DNA from: Mustelus asterias
Taxonomy: Eukaryota
Reading direction: 5' to 3'
NCBI RefSeq assembly: GCF_964213995.1
Contig: NW_027590164.1
Coordinates: 558,001-622,000, forward strand
Length of the DNA: 64,000 bases
Position 1 is the first letter of the stretch; every line of letters begins with the position of its first letter. This document shows positions 48,098 through 60,118 of the stretch, one piece after another. Made by a program: the position numbers and the translations under genes. A model generated the notes under the pieces. It saw nothing but the letters and a program-made list of their open reading frames with translations, had not been told where the DNA came from and did no database searches.

Positions 48098-48884
48098 CCA
48101 TAGAACCATAGAACATTAAAGCACAGAAACAGGCCTTTTGGCCCTTCTTGGCTGTGCTGAACCATTTTTTTGCCTCGTCCCACTGACCTGCACTTGGACC
48201 ATATCCCTCCACACCCTTCTCATCCATGAACCCGTCCAAGTTTTTCTTAAATGTTAAAAGCATTTACCACTTAATCCGGCAGCTCATTCCAGACTCCCAT
48301 CACTCTCTGCGTGAAGAAGCCCCCCCCCTAATATTCCCTTTAAACTTTTCTCCTTTCACCCTTAACCCATGCCCTCTGGTTTTTTTCTCCCCTGGCCTCA
48401 GTGGAAAAAGCCTGCTTGCATTCACCCTACCTATACCCATCAAAATCTTATACACCTCTATCAAATCTCCCCTCATTCTTCTACGCTCCAGGGAATAAAG
48501 TCCTAACCTATTCAACTTTTCTCTGTAACTCAGTTTCTCAAGTCCCGGCAACATCCTTGTAAACCTTCTCTGCACTCTTGCAACCTTATTAATATCCTTC
48601 CTGTAATTAGGTGACCAAAACTGCACACAATACTCTAAATCCGGCCTCACCAATGTCTTATACAACCTCACCATAACACTCCAACTCTCATACTCGATAC
48701 TTTGATTTATAAAGGCCAATGTACCAAAAGCACTCTTTATGACCCTATCTACCTGTGATGCCACTTTTAGAAAATTATGTATCTGTATTCCCAGATCCCT
48801 CTGTTCTACTGCACTCTTCAGTGCCGACCATTTACCTTGTATGTTCTACCTTGGTTTGTCCTTCCAAAGTGCAATACCTCACAC
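48098..48884 (-). mobile_element. CR1 LINE 3' fragment
   Basis: LYKTLVRPDLEYCVQFWSPNYRKD...RGDLIEVYKI and (ttctatgg)n tail. Confidence 0.9.
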
Positions 48885-49140
48885 TGGTCTGGCCAACATG
48901 TGACTCCAAAGCCACAACAATGTGGTTGACTCTCAACTGCCCTCCAATGGCAATTAGGGATGGGTAATAAATGCTGACCAGCCAGCAACATCCATGTCCC
49001 ATAAATGAATAAAAAGAATTCAATCGAGCAGCTTGGTGGTCTGAATTTCTAACTATTTCTTACGATCTGTCAGGAACATGAAATGGTGAGTGTCGATCAG
49101 CATTAATTAGCACCTTCAGGAGAATTGGGTAGTGTATATT

Positions 49141-49405
49141 AAAGTTTAAAGTTTATTTAATAGTCACAAGTAAGGCTTATATTAACACTGCAATGAAGTT
49201 AGTGTGAAATTCCCCTAGTTGTCACACTCCGGCACCTGTTCGGGTCAATGCACCGAACCAGCACGTCTTTCAGAATGTGGGAGGAAACTCATGCAGACAC
49301 GGGGAGAATGTGCAAACTCCACACAGACAGTGACCCAAGCCGGGAATCCAACCCGGGTCCCTGGCACTGTGAGGCAGCAGTGCTAACCACTGTGTCACCA
49401 TGCTG
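49141..49405 (-). mobile_element. V-SINE, second subfamily
   Basis: Reverse head, core and aataaactttaaacttt tail. Confidence 0.82.
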
Positions 49406-49729
49406 CAGAATGCTAAATGGAATGAGAGGGAGAGTGTATGTGTGAGGGGCGTGGGTGGAGATTTAAAGAATGTTCCATAGAAACTACAATTGTCTGTTTT
49501 GAATTTCTATCATGTGCTGACAGTGATGATTTTTGTAAACTCCTTTCAGTGGATATTGGAAGGAGAGGTTTGGAAAATGGAAATCTCAAAAGAGTCACTT
49601 GATTCATAAGGACGTGAAAATCATCAACCTTTTTAACATCAGTGTGAGTGGAAAAGCACTGAGATTCTCACACCCGTATCAGAGTGTTCCAGTGCACTGA
49701 TTGTGGAGAGACACAAGGACTCAGACACC

Positions 49730-49958
49730 ATGGAGAAACCATGGAAATATGGAGACTGTGGGAAGGGATTCAGAGCCCCATCTGAGGTGGAATCTCATCG
49801 ACGCAGTCACATCGGGGAGAGACCGTTCATATGCTGCACTTGTGGGAAGGGATTCAATCATTCATCGAATCTGCTGAGACACCAGTGAATTCACACTGCG
49901 GAGAGGCTAGTCACCTGCTCACAGTGTGGGAAGGGATTCAGAGATTCATTCACCCTGC
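49730..49958 (+). pseudogene. Truncated C2H2 ZNF pseudogene
   Basis: [10 protein letters not shown] (Cys->Tyr), premature TGA at 49886-49888, third finger broken off at a G-rich tract. Acceptor at 49549. Confidence 0.85.
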
Positions 49959-50076
49959 GGGGGGGAGGGGGGGGGAGGAGCAGGGGGGGAAAGAGAGGGG
50001 AGGGGAGGAGCAGGGGGGGAAAGAGAAGGGAGGGGAAAGAGAAAGATTGAGAGAGAGAGAAAGATTGAGAGAGAAA
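49959..50076. repeat. Polypurine (G/GA) low-complexity tract
   Basis: ggggaggagcagggggggaaagaga x2 and gagaaagattgagagaga x2. Confidence 0.9.
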
Positions 50077-50093
50077 GAATCCAACCCCTGTAA

Positions 50094-50683
50094 TCGCTTG
50101 TGAAGTTGTTGGTGTCTCTGGAGGTTGGATGACCGATTGAATCCCTTCCCACACACAGAGCAGGTGAATGGTCTCTCCCTGGTGTGAACTCGCTGGTGTG
50201 TCCGCCGTGTGGATGACCTCCTAAACCTCTTTGAGCAGTGAGAGCAGCTAAACGGTCTCTCGTCAGTGTGAATGCGCTGGTGGACCATCAGTTCCCGAGA
50301 GCTTTTGAAGCCACTCTCACAGTCAGAGCATTTAAAGGGTCTGTCTTGGGTGTGAGTGACCTTGTGGCTCAACAGGTTGGGCAACTGAGTGAATCCCTTC
50401 CCACACACAGAGCAGGTGTACGGTCTCTCTCTGGTGTGAACCCGTTGGTGTGTCAACAGATTGTTCAACCGAGAGAATCCTTTCCCACAGTCAGAGCAGG
50501 TGAACGGCCTCTCCCCAGTGTGAACTCCCTGGTGTGTTTGTAAATGGGATAACTGACTGTATCCCTTCCCACACACAGAGCAGGTGAATGTCTCTCCCCA
50601 GTGTGACTGCGCCGATGAGTTTCCAGTGCAGATGGGAACCTGAATCCTTTCCCACAGTCCCCACATTTACACAATTTCTCCAT
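50094..50683 (-). pseudogene. 7-finger C2H2 ZNF pseudogene
   Basis: 1-bp deletion in the first linker (about 50590). Stop codon lost (cac aag CGA versus paralogous cac aag TGA). Exon-1 donor mutated GT->GG near 51443. Acceptor at 51025. Confidence 0.85.
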
Positions 50684-51439
50684 GGTGCGGGTGTCCTTGT
50701 GACTCTCCAGGCTTGACAATCAGTTCAGTTACAACATAACATGGGTGCGGTCTCTCTGCTGCAATGTATTTTCAGGCTGTTTAACTGGTTAAAGTTCTTT
50801 CCACAGTCACTCAGGTGTGTGCATGTTTCAGTGTGTGTGTGTCTCGGTGCTTTTCCAGTCACACTGATGTTTAAAATCTCCTGAAGCAGACAGAGCAGAG
50901 AAACATTTCCATTCTAGGTTCAAAGGTCGATGATATTCAGGTCCCAATGAACTGAGTGACTATGTTAGATTTTGATGTGAAGTTTGGTTTGATCATCGTC
51001 TTTAAATCTTCACCTTCTGATATCCTGCAAAAGGAATTTACAAAATTCATCAATGTCAGCACAGGATAGAAATTCAGAACAGACAGTTCTAGTTTCTCTG
51101 GAACATTCTTTCCTCTCTCATTCCCCAAAAGCTGTGAATCTCCATCCCACACACTCTCCCTCCATTCTCACTCTGCTGTATCTAATATTCACCCTCCCAA
51201 TTCTCCTGAAGGTGCTGATTGAGGCTGATTGATAGATCCACGCTCACTGCTTCCTGTCCTGGGCACAGAGAGAGCTGAAAATTTCCATGCAGGCTGCCAG
51301 ACAGATAAATGTCTACATTACTGGAGTAACAATGTGTGGAATGTACAGACCGGATTCACTTCATTCCCTTCAGTTGCTGCAAGTCCCCAATTTCCCCCAG
51401 AATGAGAAAAGAAATGGAAAGGGGGAAACATTGATTTCC

Positions 51440-51715
51440 TCCCAGATGTTCTGATCGATAAGGGAATTAGGGGATATGGGGAGCAGGCGGGTAAGTGGAA
51501 CTGATTCGCTTCAGATCAGCCATGATCTTGTTGAATGGCGGGGCAGGCTCGAAGGGCCAGATGGCCTACTCCTGCTCCTATTTCTTATGTTCTTATGTTG
51601 CCCAGAGGAGGAAGTTTCACTCTGAAGCTCATTGGACAACTTCCGCATTGTGACATCACAACGGAGCCCTGCCTGAATCAGCCAATAGGAATCAGTCTCT
51701 TCCGCGATGACTAGT
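51440..51715 (-). promoter_or_regulatory. ZNF exon 1/promoter remnant, split by a CR1 tail
   Basis: cagatgtt|gcccagaggagg matches 34743-34763. aatcagccaataggaatc matches 56682-56699. Confidence 0.55.
51451..51599 (+). mobile_element. Short CR1 3'-end insertion
   Basis: CR1 3'UTR plus (ttcttatg)2, flanked by atgtt. Confidence 0.88.
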
Positions 51716-51726
51716 TCTGGAAGTTC

Positions 51727-51880
51727 TGGAAGACCAGAGTGTGGCTCATGTTGTTCCGCTGTTTAAGAAGGGTTGCAAAGAGAAGCCTGGTAATTACAGG
51801 CCGGTGAACCTGACAACAGTGGCGGGTAAGTTACTGGAGAGGATTCTGATCAACCTTTGGATAATCAAGGTCCGGTTAGG
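51727..51880 (+). mobile_element. CR1 RT fragment
   Basis: AHVVPLFKKGCKEKPGNYRPVNLTTVAGKLLERIL. Confidence 0.8.
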
Positions 51881-52051
51881 GAGAGTTGTCAGAGATCCTG
51901 GGTACCAGCAACTTTAGGCACTCTTAGTCGACTTGAGTACAAACAGCACTGGACACCGCGCACAATCCAATGTGGGGCCTTTAATGACTTGTGCACAAGG
52001 AGAAACCCTGTGCAGCTGTCCCGCAAGTGGTTCTGATGTTACAGAAAAATA

Positions 52052-52372
52052 ACCCAGGTCATCCTCTGATCGGGGGGGCTGGTGGGAGGAGGGGGCGGGA
52101 CCCAGGTCATCCTCTGATCGGTGGGAGGAGTGGGTGGGAGGAGGGGGCGGGACCCAGGTCATCCTCTGATCGGGGGGGCTGGTGGAGGAGGGGGCGGGAC
52201 CCAGGTCATCCTCTGATCGGTGGGGGGAGTGGGTGGGAGGAGGGGGTGGGACCCAGGTCATCCTCTGATCAGTGGGGGGAGTGGGTGGGTGGAGGGGGCA
52301 GGACCCAGGTCATCCTTTGATCAGTGGGGGGAGTGGGTGGGACGAGGGGGCAGGACCCAGGTCATCCTCTGA
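52052..52372. repeat. G-rich minisatellite, about 48-52 bp, about 6.5 copies
   Basis: acccaggtcatcctctgatc-gg..g..tgggaggagggggcggg. Confidence 0.92.
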
Positions 52373-52664
52373 CGTGCTATGTTAACAAAATCAACAGTTA
52401 CTAACCGAAATATAAAGCATCATGTGGTTTAGCTGACTTGACCATATTCCTATAGTTATTCAGTCATTAAAGACACAGTCATGGAGCATTAAACTTGCCG
52501 AGCAGGGTTCCTTGTATCAACACACAGGCAGCTGCTTTGTGAGACTGCCAGCAGCACAGACAAGTCAGAGATAAGAGTGTCTTGAGAAGAGAGATTCATT
52601 GTGAAGGCTCAGGGACGGTTGATAAGATGTAGGAATTCTGTGATTCGAATGAACATTCTAATTC

Positions 52665-54057
52665 TAATGGTAACTAGTGGCGTGCCGCAGGGATCGGTAC
52701 TCGGGCCTCAACTATTTACCATTTATATACATGATCTGGAGGAGGGGACTGAGTGTAGGGTAACAAAGTTTGCAGACGACACAAAGATAAGTGGAAAAGT
52801 GAATCGTGTGGAGGGCGTAGAAGGTCTGCAGAGAGATTTGGACAGGCTGAGTGAGTGGGCGAGGATCTGGCAGATGGAGTATAACGTTGACAAATGTGAG
52901 GTTATTCACTTTGTAAGAAATAATAGCAAATTGGATTATTATCTAAATGGAAAGAAATTACAACATGCTGCTGTGCAAAGGGACCTGGGGGTCCTTGTGC
53001 ATGAGACGCAAAAACCCAGTCTGCAGGTGCACAGGTGATCAAGAAGGCAAATGGGATGTTGGCCTATATCGCAAGAGGGATAGAATATAAAAGCAGAGAT
53101 CATAGAAATTATAGAAACCCTACAGTACAGAAAGAGGCCATTCGGCCCATCGAGTCTGCACCGACCACAATCCCACCCAGGCCCTACCCCCATATCCCTA
53201 CATATTTTACCCGCTAATCCCTCTAATCTACGCATCCCAGGACACTAAGGGGCAATTTTAGCATGGCCAATCAACCTAACCCGCACATCTTTGGACTGTG
53301 GGAGGAAACCGGAGCACCCGGAGAAAACCCACGCAGACACGAGGAGAATGTGCAAACTCCACACAGACAGTGACCCAAGCCGGGAATCGAACCCAGGTCC
53401 CTGGAGCTGTGAAGCAGCAGTGCTAACCACTGTGCTACCGTGCCGCCCAGAGATGTCTTGCTGCATCTGTACAGGGCATTGGTGAGGCCGCAGCTGGAAT
53501 ACTGTGTGCAGTATTGGTCCCCTTATTTGCGGAAGGATATATTGGCCTTGGAGGGAGTGCAGAGAAGGTTCACCAGGTTGATTCCAGAGATGAGGGGTGT
53601 TGATTATGAGGAGAGAATGAGCAGATTGGGTTTGTATTCATTGGAATTTAGAAGGCTGAGGGGGGATCTTATAAAGACCTATAAGATAATGAAGGGGCTG
53701 GTTAGGGTAGAGGTGGAGAGATTCTTTCCACTTAGAAAGGAAACTAGAACTAGAGGGCACAGCCTCAAAATAAAGGGGGGTCAGTTCAGGACAGAGTTGA
53801 GGAGGAACTTCTTCTCTCAGAGGGTGGTGAATCTCTGGCATTCTCTGCCCACTGAAGTGGTGGAGGCTACCTCGTTGAATATGTTTAAATCACGGATAGA
53901 TGGATTCCTGATCGGTAAGGGAATTAGGGGTTATAGGGATCAGGCGGGTAAGTGGAACTGATCCACTTCAGATCAGCCATGATCTTATTGAATGGCGGGG
54001 CAGGCTCGAGGGGCTAGATGGCCTACTCCTGTTCCTATTTCTTATGTTCTTATGTTC
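52665..54057 (+). mobile_element. Young CR1 LINE, 5'-truncated
   Basis: VTSGVPQGSVLGP, KFADDTK and RPQLEYCVQYWSP, with (ttcttatg)n tail. Near-identical to 62503-63252. Confidence 0.93.
53101..53447 (-). mobile_element. HE1 SINE inserted in CR1
   Basis: Full length. 7-bp TSD cagagat (53094-53100 and 53448-53454). Empty site visible near 62638. Confidence 0.93.
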
Positions 54058-54556
54058 TTTCCTCTCTCATTCCCCGAAAGCTGTAAATCTCCATCCCACA
54101 CACTCTCCCTCCATTCTCACTCTGCTGTATCTAATATTCACCCTCCCAATTCTCCTGAAGGTGCTGATTGAGGCTGATTGACAGATCCATGCTCACTGCT
54201 TCCTGTCCACCACACACAAATCATAAGAAACAGGAGCTGCAGTTGGTCATTCAGCCCATCGAACTGCCTCAACCATTCATTGAGAATTGGCTGATCTACC
54301 GCAGCATCATTTCCCATGCTATCCAGCAGATAGAGAGAGAAAAGAGCCAATGTTTCGTGTCTGGAGAGAGGAAAGAATGTTCCATAGAAACTAGAATTGT
54401 CTGTTCTGAATTTCTATCCTGTACTGACACTGATGACCTCTGTAAACTTGTTTTACAGGATACTGAAAGAGGAATCACAGGCTGAAATCTCAAACGTCAC
54501 ATCTAGATCTGACAGAACAGTCTTCAACTGAAGAGAGAGGCAAGGACACCTGCACC

Positions 54557-55327
54557 ATGGAGAAACCATGGAAATGTGCGGACTGTGGGAAGAGATACAG
54601 AGTCCCATCTCTGCTGGAAGCTCATCGGCGCAGCCACACTGGGGAGAGACCATTCACCTGCTCTCAGTGTGGGAAGGGATTCACTCGGGAATCCAACCTG
54701 CAGAGACACCAGCGAGTTCACACTGGGAAGAGACCGTTCACCTGCTCTCAGTGTGAGAAGGGGTTCACTGATATTTCCACCCTGCGGAAACACCAGCGAG
54801 TTCACACTGGGGAGAGGCCGTTCACCTGCTCTCAGTGTGGGAAAGGGTTCAGTCAATCATCCCACCTGCAGAGACACCAGCAAGTTCACACTGGGGAGAG
54901 ACCATTCACCTGCTCTCAGTGTGGGAAGGGATTCACTGATTTATTCACCCTGCGGAGACACCAGCGAGTTCACACTGGGGAGAGACTGTTCACCAGACTG
55001 TTCACCTGCTCTCAGTGTGAGAAGGGATTCAGTCAGTTATCCAACCTGCGGATACACCAGCGAGTTCACACTGGGGAGAGACCATTCACCTGCTCTCAGT
55101 GCGGGAAGGGGTTCAGTCGATTATCCACCCTGTGGATACACCAGCGAGTTCACACTGGAGAGAGGCCGTTCACCTGCTCTCAGTGTGAGAAGGGATTCAG
55201 TCAGTTATCCAACCTGCAGACACACCAGCGAGTTCACACTGGGGAGAGACCGTTCACCTGCTCTCAGTGTGGGAAGGGATTCAGAGTTTCATCCCAGCTG
55301 CTGAAACACCAGCGAGTTCATGAGTGA
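54557..55327 (+). CDS. C2H2 zinc-finger protein, 9 fingers, intact
   Basis: 256-aa ORF from gcaccATGG with eight CSQC fingers. Acceptor at 54458. Conserved ZNF 3'UTR follows. Confidence 0.88.
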   Translation: MEKPWKCADCGKRYRVPSLLEAHRRSHTGERPFTCSQCGKGFTRESNLQRHQRVHTGKRPFTCSQCEKGFTDISTLRKHQRVHTGERPFTCSQCGKGFSQSSHLQRHQQVHTGERPFTCSQCGKGFTDLFTLRRHQRVHTGERLFTRLFTCSQCEKGFSQLSNLRIHQRVHTGERPFTCSQCGKGFSRLSTLWIHQRVHTGERPFTCSQCEKGFSQLSNLQTHQRVHTGERPFTCSQCGKGFRVSSQLLKHQRVHE

Positions 55328-55589
55328 TTCCAGGGGTTGGATTCTGCTGTTATTGTTTCTGCTCTCAATTACATCCAGGACTGCATTTTGTTCATTCTCA
55401 CAGTTGGTCAATGGGGAGGGTCGGAGGGTTTCTTTCTGCTGGACTGGCCGGTCTCATGACTTTGCCTCCAGTGGGATGATGCTCTATGAATCTTGTTGCA
55501 AATACCTGGTTTCAAATTTCACAAGGATCACAGAGTGACAGGGTGTGAGGAAGTTCAAAGATAATTAGTAAGGATTTCTGTTTGAAACC

Positions 55590-55880
55590 CCCCAAATGCC
55601 CATCCAATTTCCTTTGTAATTGTTTTTTGTCTCCACTTCCTCCACCCTCGTAGGCAGCGAGTTCCAGGTCATTACCATTCGCTGCATCAAAATATTCTTC
55701 CTCACATCCCCCCCTGCATCTCTGATCCAAAACCATAAATCTGTGACCCCCTCGTCCTTGTCCCGTCAGCTAATGGGAACAGCTTTTTTTTGTCCAGCTT
55801 ATCTAAACCTGTCAGAATCTTGTCCACCTCTATCAAATCTCCCCTCAACCTCATTTTCTCCAAGAGGAACAACCCCAGCC
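55590..55880 (-). mobile_element. Old CR1 3' fragment
   Basis: LGLFLLEKMRLRGDLIEVDKILTGLDKLDKKKLFP. Confidence 0.75.
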
Positions 55881-56639
55881 TGACATTGACAATAAAGGAC
55901 AAACAAACAGAAATACCTGAAATCAAATGGGAATGTTAAATTTCTGTTTTAAAGAAATCATGAATATATTGTCCCGTACAATAAAGGGATTTGAATAACT
56001 CAGCTTGGGTGCAGTTGAATGAAATGTACCAATCTCGTATCCACCCACAGTCTAGAAGAAGTGTGGAATGTGTAGCTGGAAATCCCTCCCTAACAGCACT
56101 GTGGGTGTACTTACACCTCAGGCATTGTAACAGTTCAGGAAGGCAGTGTTGGCGCTGATCGTGGCCGAAGCAGCTACATACAGCCACATATTCTGTTGTA
56201 ACTGAAGGACTGCAGATTAAATGTGAGGCATTATGGGACTAGACTATCTTGACCACATTCCTGTGACTGCTCAGTTTCTGCAATCATGAACCATTAAAAC
56301 TGCTTAGCAGGGCTCTGAAAGAGGACCTGGTGAGAATATTTACTCAGAATGAGTTAGAATTAAACTTATTCCAGGACCAGCTGGTGTTCAGTGGCTGAGA
56401 TTCCTGAATCTGTAAAAAGGGGGTCTGACCAATCAACAAACAGTGGTCGGTAGTTAGTTAAGAAGCGTTCTCATGCATTGTTTAAATTATTTTATCATAA
56501 ATTTGTGATCAGACCTGTGAGGGACTTGTAACCCAATAGTTGTTGAATTGACGGTAAATTCCAAGTAGCACTGGACTGAAAAGGGGGTCTGACCAAGAAG
56601 TGAAGTGATCTCAGGCATTGTTTAAATGTCATCATCATT

Positions 56640-57089
56640 GGCCAACTTCCCCTTTGTGATGTCACAGTGGAGCCATCCTTGAATCAGCCAATAGGAATCT
56701 CTCTGCGCCGCGGTGACGTCTCCGGGTTCCAGTGCGCAGGCCCGGGCGCGCGGACCCGGGAGCCCCGCCCCCACCTATTGTTCCCCTCCCCCTGCACCAC
56801 ATCGAGCCAAGGTTTCCAGGCAACCGGCTGACGGCTCCGGTCAGAGCGAGAAGCTGCTCGGTGATCTCCCCCTCCCCCCGGCCGGGGACTGCGCATGTCC
56901 AAGGGAGAAGGAAGCTGTGAATTGCAGGGCAGATCCCACCCCCTGACCTTCTGAGGTGTTGACCAATGGGAAGAGTTGGAGGACCGGAAGGACTCTGGTT
57001 CTCCAGCTGATCAGAGCGCTGGCTTTGTGTGAATGAAGATTGAGCTTCAGACAGACTGAAACTTCCTCCTCTCTCCAACATCTGTGAGT
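56640..57089 (+). promoter_or_regulatory. CpG-island ZNF promoter and non-coding exon 1 (donor at 57084)
   Basis: CCAAT, TGACGTC, GC box, tgcgcatg and ccggaag. Paralogous to 23930-24137 and 35480-35666. Confidence 0.65.
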
Positions 57090-60000
57090 GGGAAAGATTG
57101 GATTGTCCAGCCAGTCCACCATATTGGCCGTTCGCTTTGCGTGTTGGCCAGTATAGTGTGCTCCAGGCAGGGGGCGGGCAGAGGATAAGGAGTTCAAGGC
57201 GGGCTTAATGCGCGCCTTGCGGTGAGCTTTTGGAAATGTGGCCGCTGGGAGGAACGCCTTGGTCGGCGTGAAGTTTCTGTTTCAAGTGCTTGGGTTCGTG
57301 ACTTGTGCAAGAACTTTTTGTTTCGGCTGGGGCTTGTTGAATGCTGCTCTCGCTGGGATTTCTGTGCCTTGAAAGGCGTGGCCCGGGTGGATGCAGTCTC
57401 GGAGGGCCCAAGCCAGGGAGGAGCCATTTGGGAACTATTGTTTCGGAAGGTTCAGCCGCGGAAGGTGTGACCCCAGACGGTGCAGCCCCAGTGGGTGTGA
57501 TTTTGGAAGTTCTGGCCCGGAGTGGTGGACTTTGGAGGACTGTAGTTGAGCGTTGTCGACTTCGGACGGTGGAATGTTGATGGGCGAAGCTCTGGAAGGC
57601 GATGCCTCCGAAATGTTTCACAATTGTATGGTTGTTCATGGATTGTTTGTTATTGTAATATGTGGTTTTCCTGTTATGATAGTTGGTGGTTTGTTCCGGC
57701 CCCCGTCTATTTTTCTTGCGTTATTTGTGGCCTGGGGGGCATCCCCCCCTGGATAAAGTCACCCCCGGGGGGTGTGACATCCACTTGGGGAAAGTTCTGG
57801 GTGGTGAAGCCCCGGACATAGTAACACCAGAGGGATTTTTATTCTCCGGGAGAAAAATTGGGAAGGCAGGCCCGAACTGAGTACCCTGGAGAGACTTTCC
57901 CACCGCCCCGGCTGAAATTCCGGAAGGCAGTCCGGATTGAGTAGGCGGGGTGGTTTCCCCCATTTCCCCCCTCCGGCTGAACATCCGTAAGGTGTAACCC
58001 CCGGATATGAGTACCACTGGAGGGTTGCATCCCCCGGCAGGTGGACAAACCCAGGGGACGGTGCCCTTATGCTTCAGTGTTTATTTTTTGTTGTGTACAG
58101 TTGTAGTGTTGTGTTAATGTTTGTAGATTATGATTTGTAAATGGAGGTGTATTTTGAGGGCAATGCCCTGGAAAACTGTAATTGATGATGAACCCTTCCG
58201 AAATGGAAGGTAGTAATTGATAAATGGATGGTGTTAGCCATTGGTAATGTATTTTTCATATCTGTTCTTTGTTCATTTGTAATTGTTTTGTAGTATCGTG
58301 TTTGTACTAACCAACGGAAAATCTTTGCGTTGTTTGTGACCTGGGGGGTATCCCCCCCCCCCCCTCCCCTCCCCTGGATAGAGTGACCCCCGGGGGGTGT
58401 GACATCCAGTTGGGGAAAGTGTCCGGGGCACCCAGAGGGGTAACACCGGGGGGGTTTTGTTCTCCGGGAGAAAATTTGGGAAGGCAGGCCGAATTGAGTA
58501 TCCCGGAGAGCCTTTCCCACCGCCCCAGCCGAAAATCCGGAAGGCAGTCCGGATTGAGTAGGTTCGGGGTGGTTTTCCTGTCCCCCCGCCTCCAGTCGAA
58601 CATCCGTCAGGTGGAACCCCCGGACCTGAGTACCTCTGGAGGGTTGCATCCCCCGGCAGGGGAAAAACCCGGGAGGCGGTGCCCTGGAGGGCGGCGGATA
58701 TGCTGCAATGTTTATTCTTGTTGTGTTGTACTAATGTTTGTCACTTTGTAGATTATGATTTGTAATTGGAGGTGTATTGAGAGGGCAATGCCCTGGAAAA
58801 CTATGACCGTTAGTGAACCCTTCCGAAATAGAAGATAGTAACTGATAAATGGATGCCTCCGAAATGTTTCACAATTGTATGGTTGTTCATGGATTGTTTG
58901 TTATTGTAATATGTGGTTTTCCTGTTATGATAGTTGGTGGTTTGTTCCGGCCCCCGTCTATTTTCTTGCGTTATTTGTGGCCTGGGGGGCATCCCCCCCT
59001 GGATAAAGTCACCCCCGGGGGGTGTGACATCCACTTGGGAAGGCAGGCCCGAATTGAGTACCCTGGAGAGACTCTCCCACCGCCCCGGCTGAAATTCCGG
59101 AAGGGATTCCGGATTGAGGAGGCGGGGTGGTTTCCCCCATTTCCCCCCTCCGGCTGAACATCCGTAAGGTGTAACCCCCGGATATGAGTACCACTGGAGG
59201 GTTGCATCCCCCGGCAGGTGGACAAACCCAGGGGACGGTGCCCTTATGCTTCAGTGTTTATTTTTTGTTGTGTACAGTTGTAGTGTTGTGTTAATGTTTG
59301 TAGATTTGTAGATTATGATTTGTAAATGGAGGTGTATTTTGAGGGCAATGCCCTGGAAAACTGTAATTGACGATGAACCCTTCCGAAATGGAAGGTAGTA
59401 ATTGATAAATGGATGGTGTTAGCCATCGGTAATGTATTTTTCAGATTTGTTCTTTGTTCATTTGTATTTGTTTTGTAATATCGTGTTTGTACTAACCAAC
59501 GGAAAATCTTTGCATTGTTTGTGGCCTGGGGGGTATCCCCCCCACCGGATAGAGTGACCCCCGGGGGGTGTGACATCCAGTTGGGGAAAGTGTCCGGGGC
59601 ACCCAGAGGGGTAACACCGGGGGGGTTTTGTTCTCCGGGAGAAAAATTGGGAAGGCAGGCCGAATTGAGTATCCCGGAGAGCTTTTCCCACCGCCCCAGC
59701 CGAAAATCCGGAAGGCAGTCCGGATTGAGTAGGTTCGGGGTGGTTTTCCTGTCCCCCCGCCTCCAGTCGAACATCCGTCAGGTGGAACCCCCGGACCTGA
59801 GTACCTCTGGAGGGTTGCATCCCCCGGCAGGGGAAAAATCCAGGGGACGGTGCCCTGGAGGGCGGCGGATTTGCTGCAATGTTTATTCTTGTTGTGTTGT
59901 ACTAATGTTTGTCACTTTGTAGATTATGATTTGTAATTGGAGGTGTATTGAGAGGGCAATGCCCTGGAAAACTATGACCGTTAGTGAACCCTTCCGAAAT

Positions 60001-60118
60001 GGAAGGTAGTAACTGATAAATGGATGGCGTTAGCCATTGGTAATGTATTTTTTCACATTTGTTCTTTGTGTATTTGTAACTGTTTTGCATTAACGTATTT
60101 GTAATAAACAAAAAGAAA
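57090..60118 (+). mobile_element. 3.03-kb retroposed insertion (L1/Tx1-type signature) with internal higher-order repeats
   Basis: Exact 15-bp TSD ccaacatctgtgagt (57075-57089 and 60119-60133). AATAAA at 60103 followed by an A-rich tail. Paralogous empty sites at 24125-24150 and 35652-35680. Confidence 0.85.
57601..60060. repeat. Higher-order tandem repeat (A-B)x2 of about 600-bp subunits
   Basis: gatgcctccgaaatgtttcac starts at 57601 and again at 58852. Subunits A and B share cccccggggggtgtgacatcca, tccggattgag and gagggttgcatcccccggcagg. Confidence 0.92.

Noticed and set aside
51895-52050. Possible minus-strand PBS (TGGTACCCAGG) and LTR
   Set aside because: Not preceded by a CA LTR end, and no second LTR or gag could be identified.
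54576-55304. Alternative-frame ORFs over the ZNF arrays ([16 protein letters not shown] repeats)
   Set aside because: Shadow frames of the finger repeat, seen over every array, with no independent coding evidence.
54557-55327. Calling this PRDM9 or any named ZNF
   Set aside because: No PR/SET, SSXRD or KRAB exon is visible, and lineage-specific arrays cannot be given orthologous symbols from sequence alone.
58184-58212. Hammerhead ribozyme in the 600-bp repeat (tgatga...gaaa)
   Set aside because: It lacks the CUGANGA core, other copies differ (tagtga, cgatga), and GAAA is the loop of the ccttcc/ggaagg hairpin rather than a junction strand.
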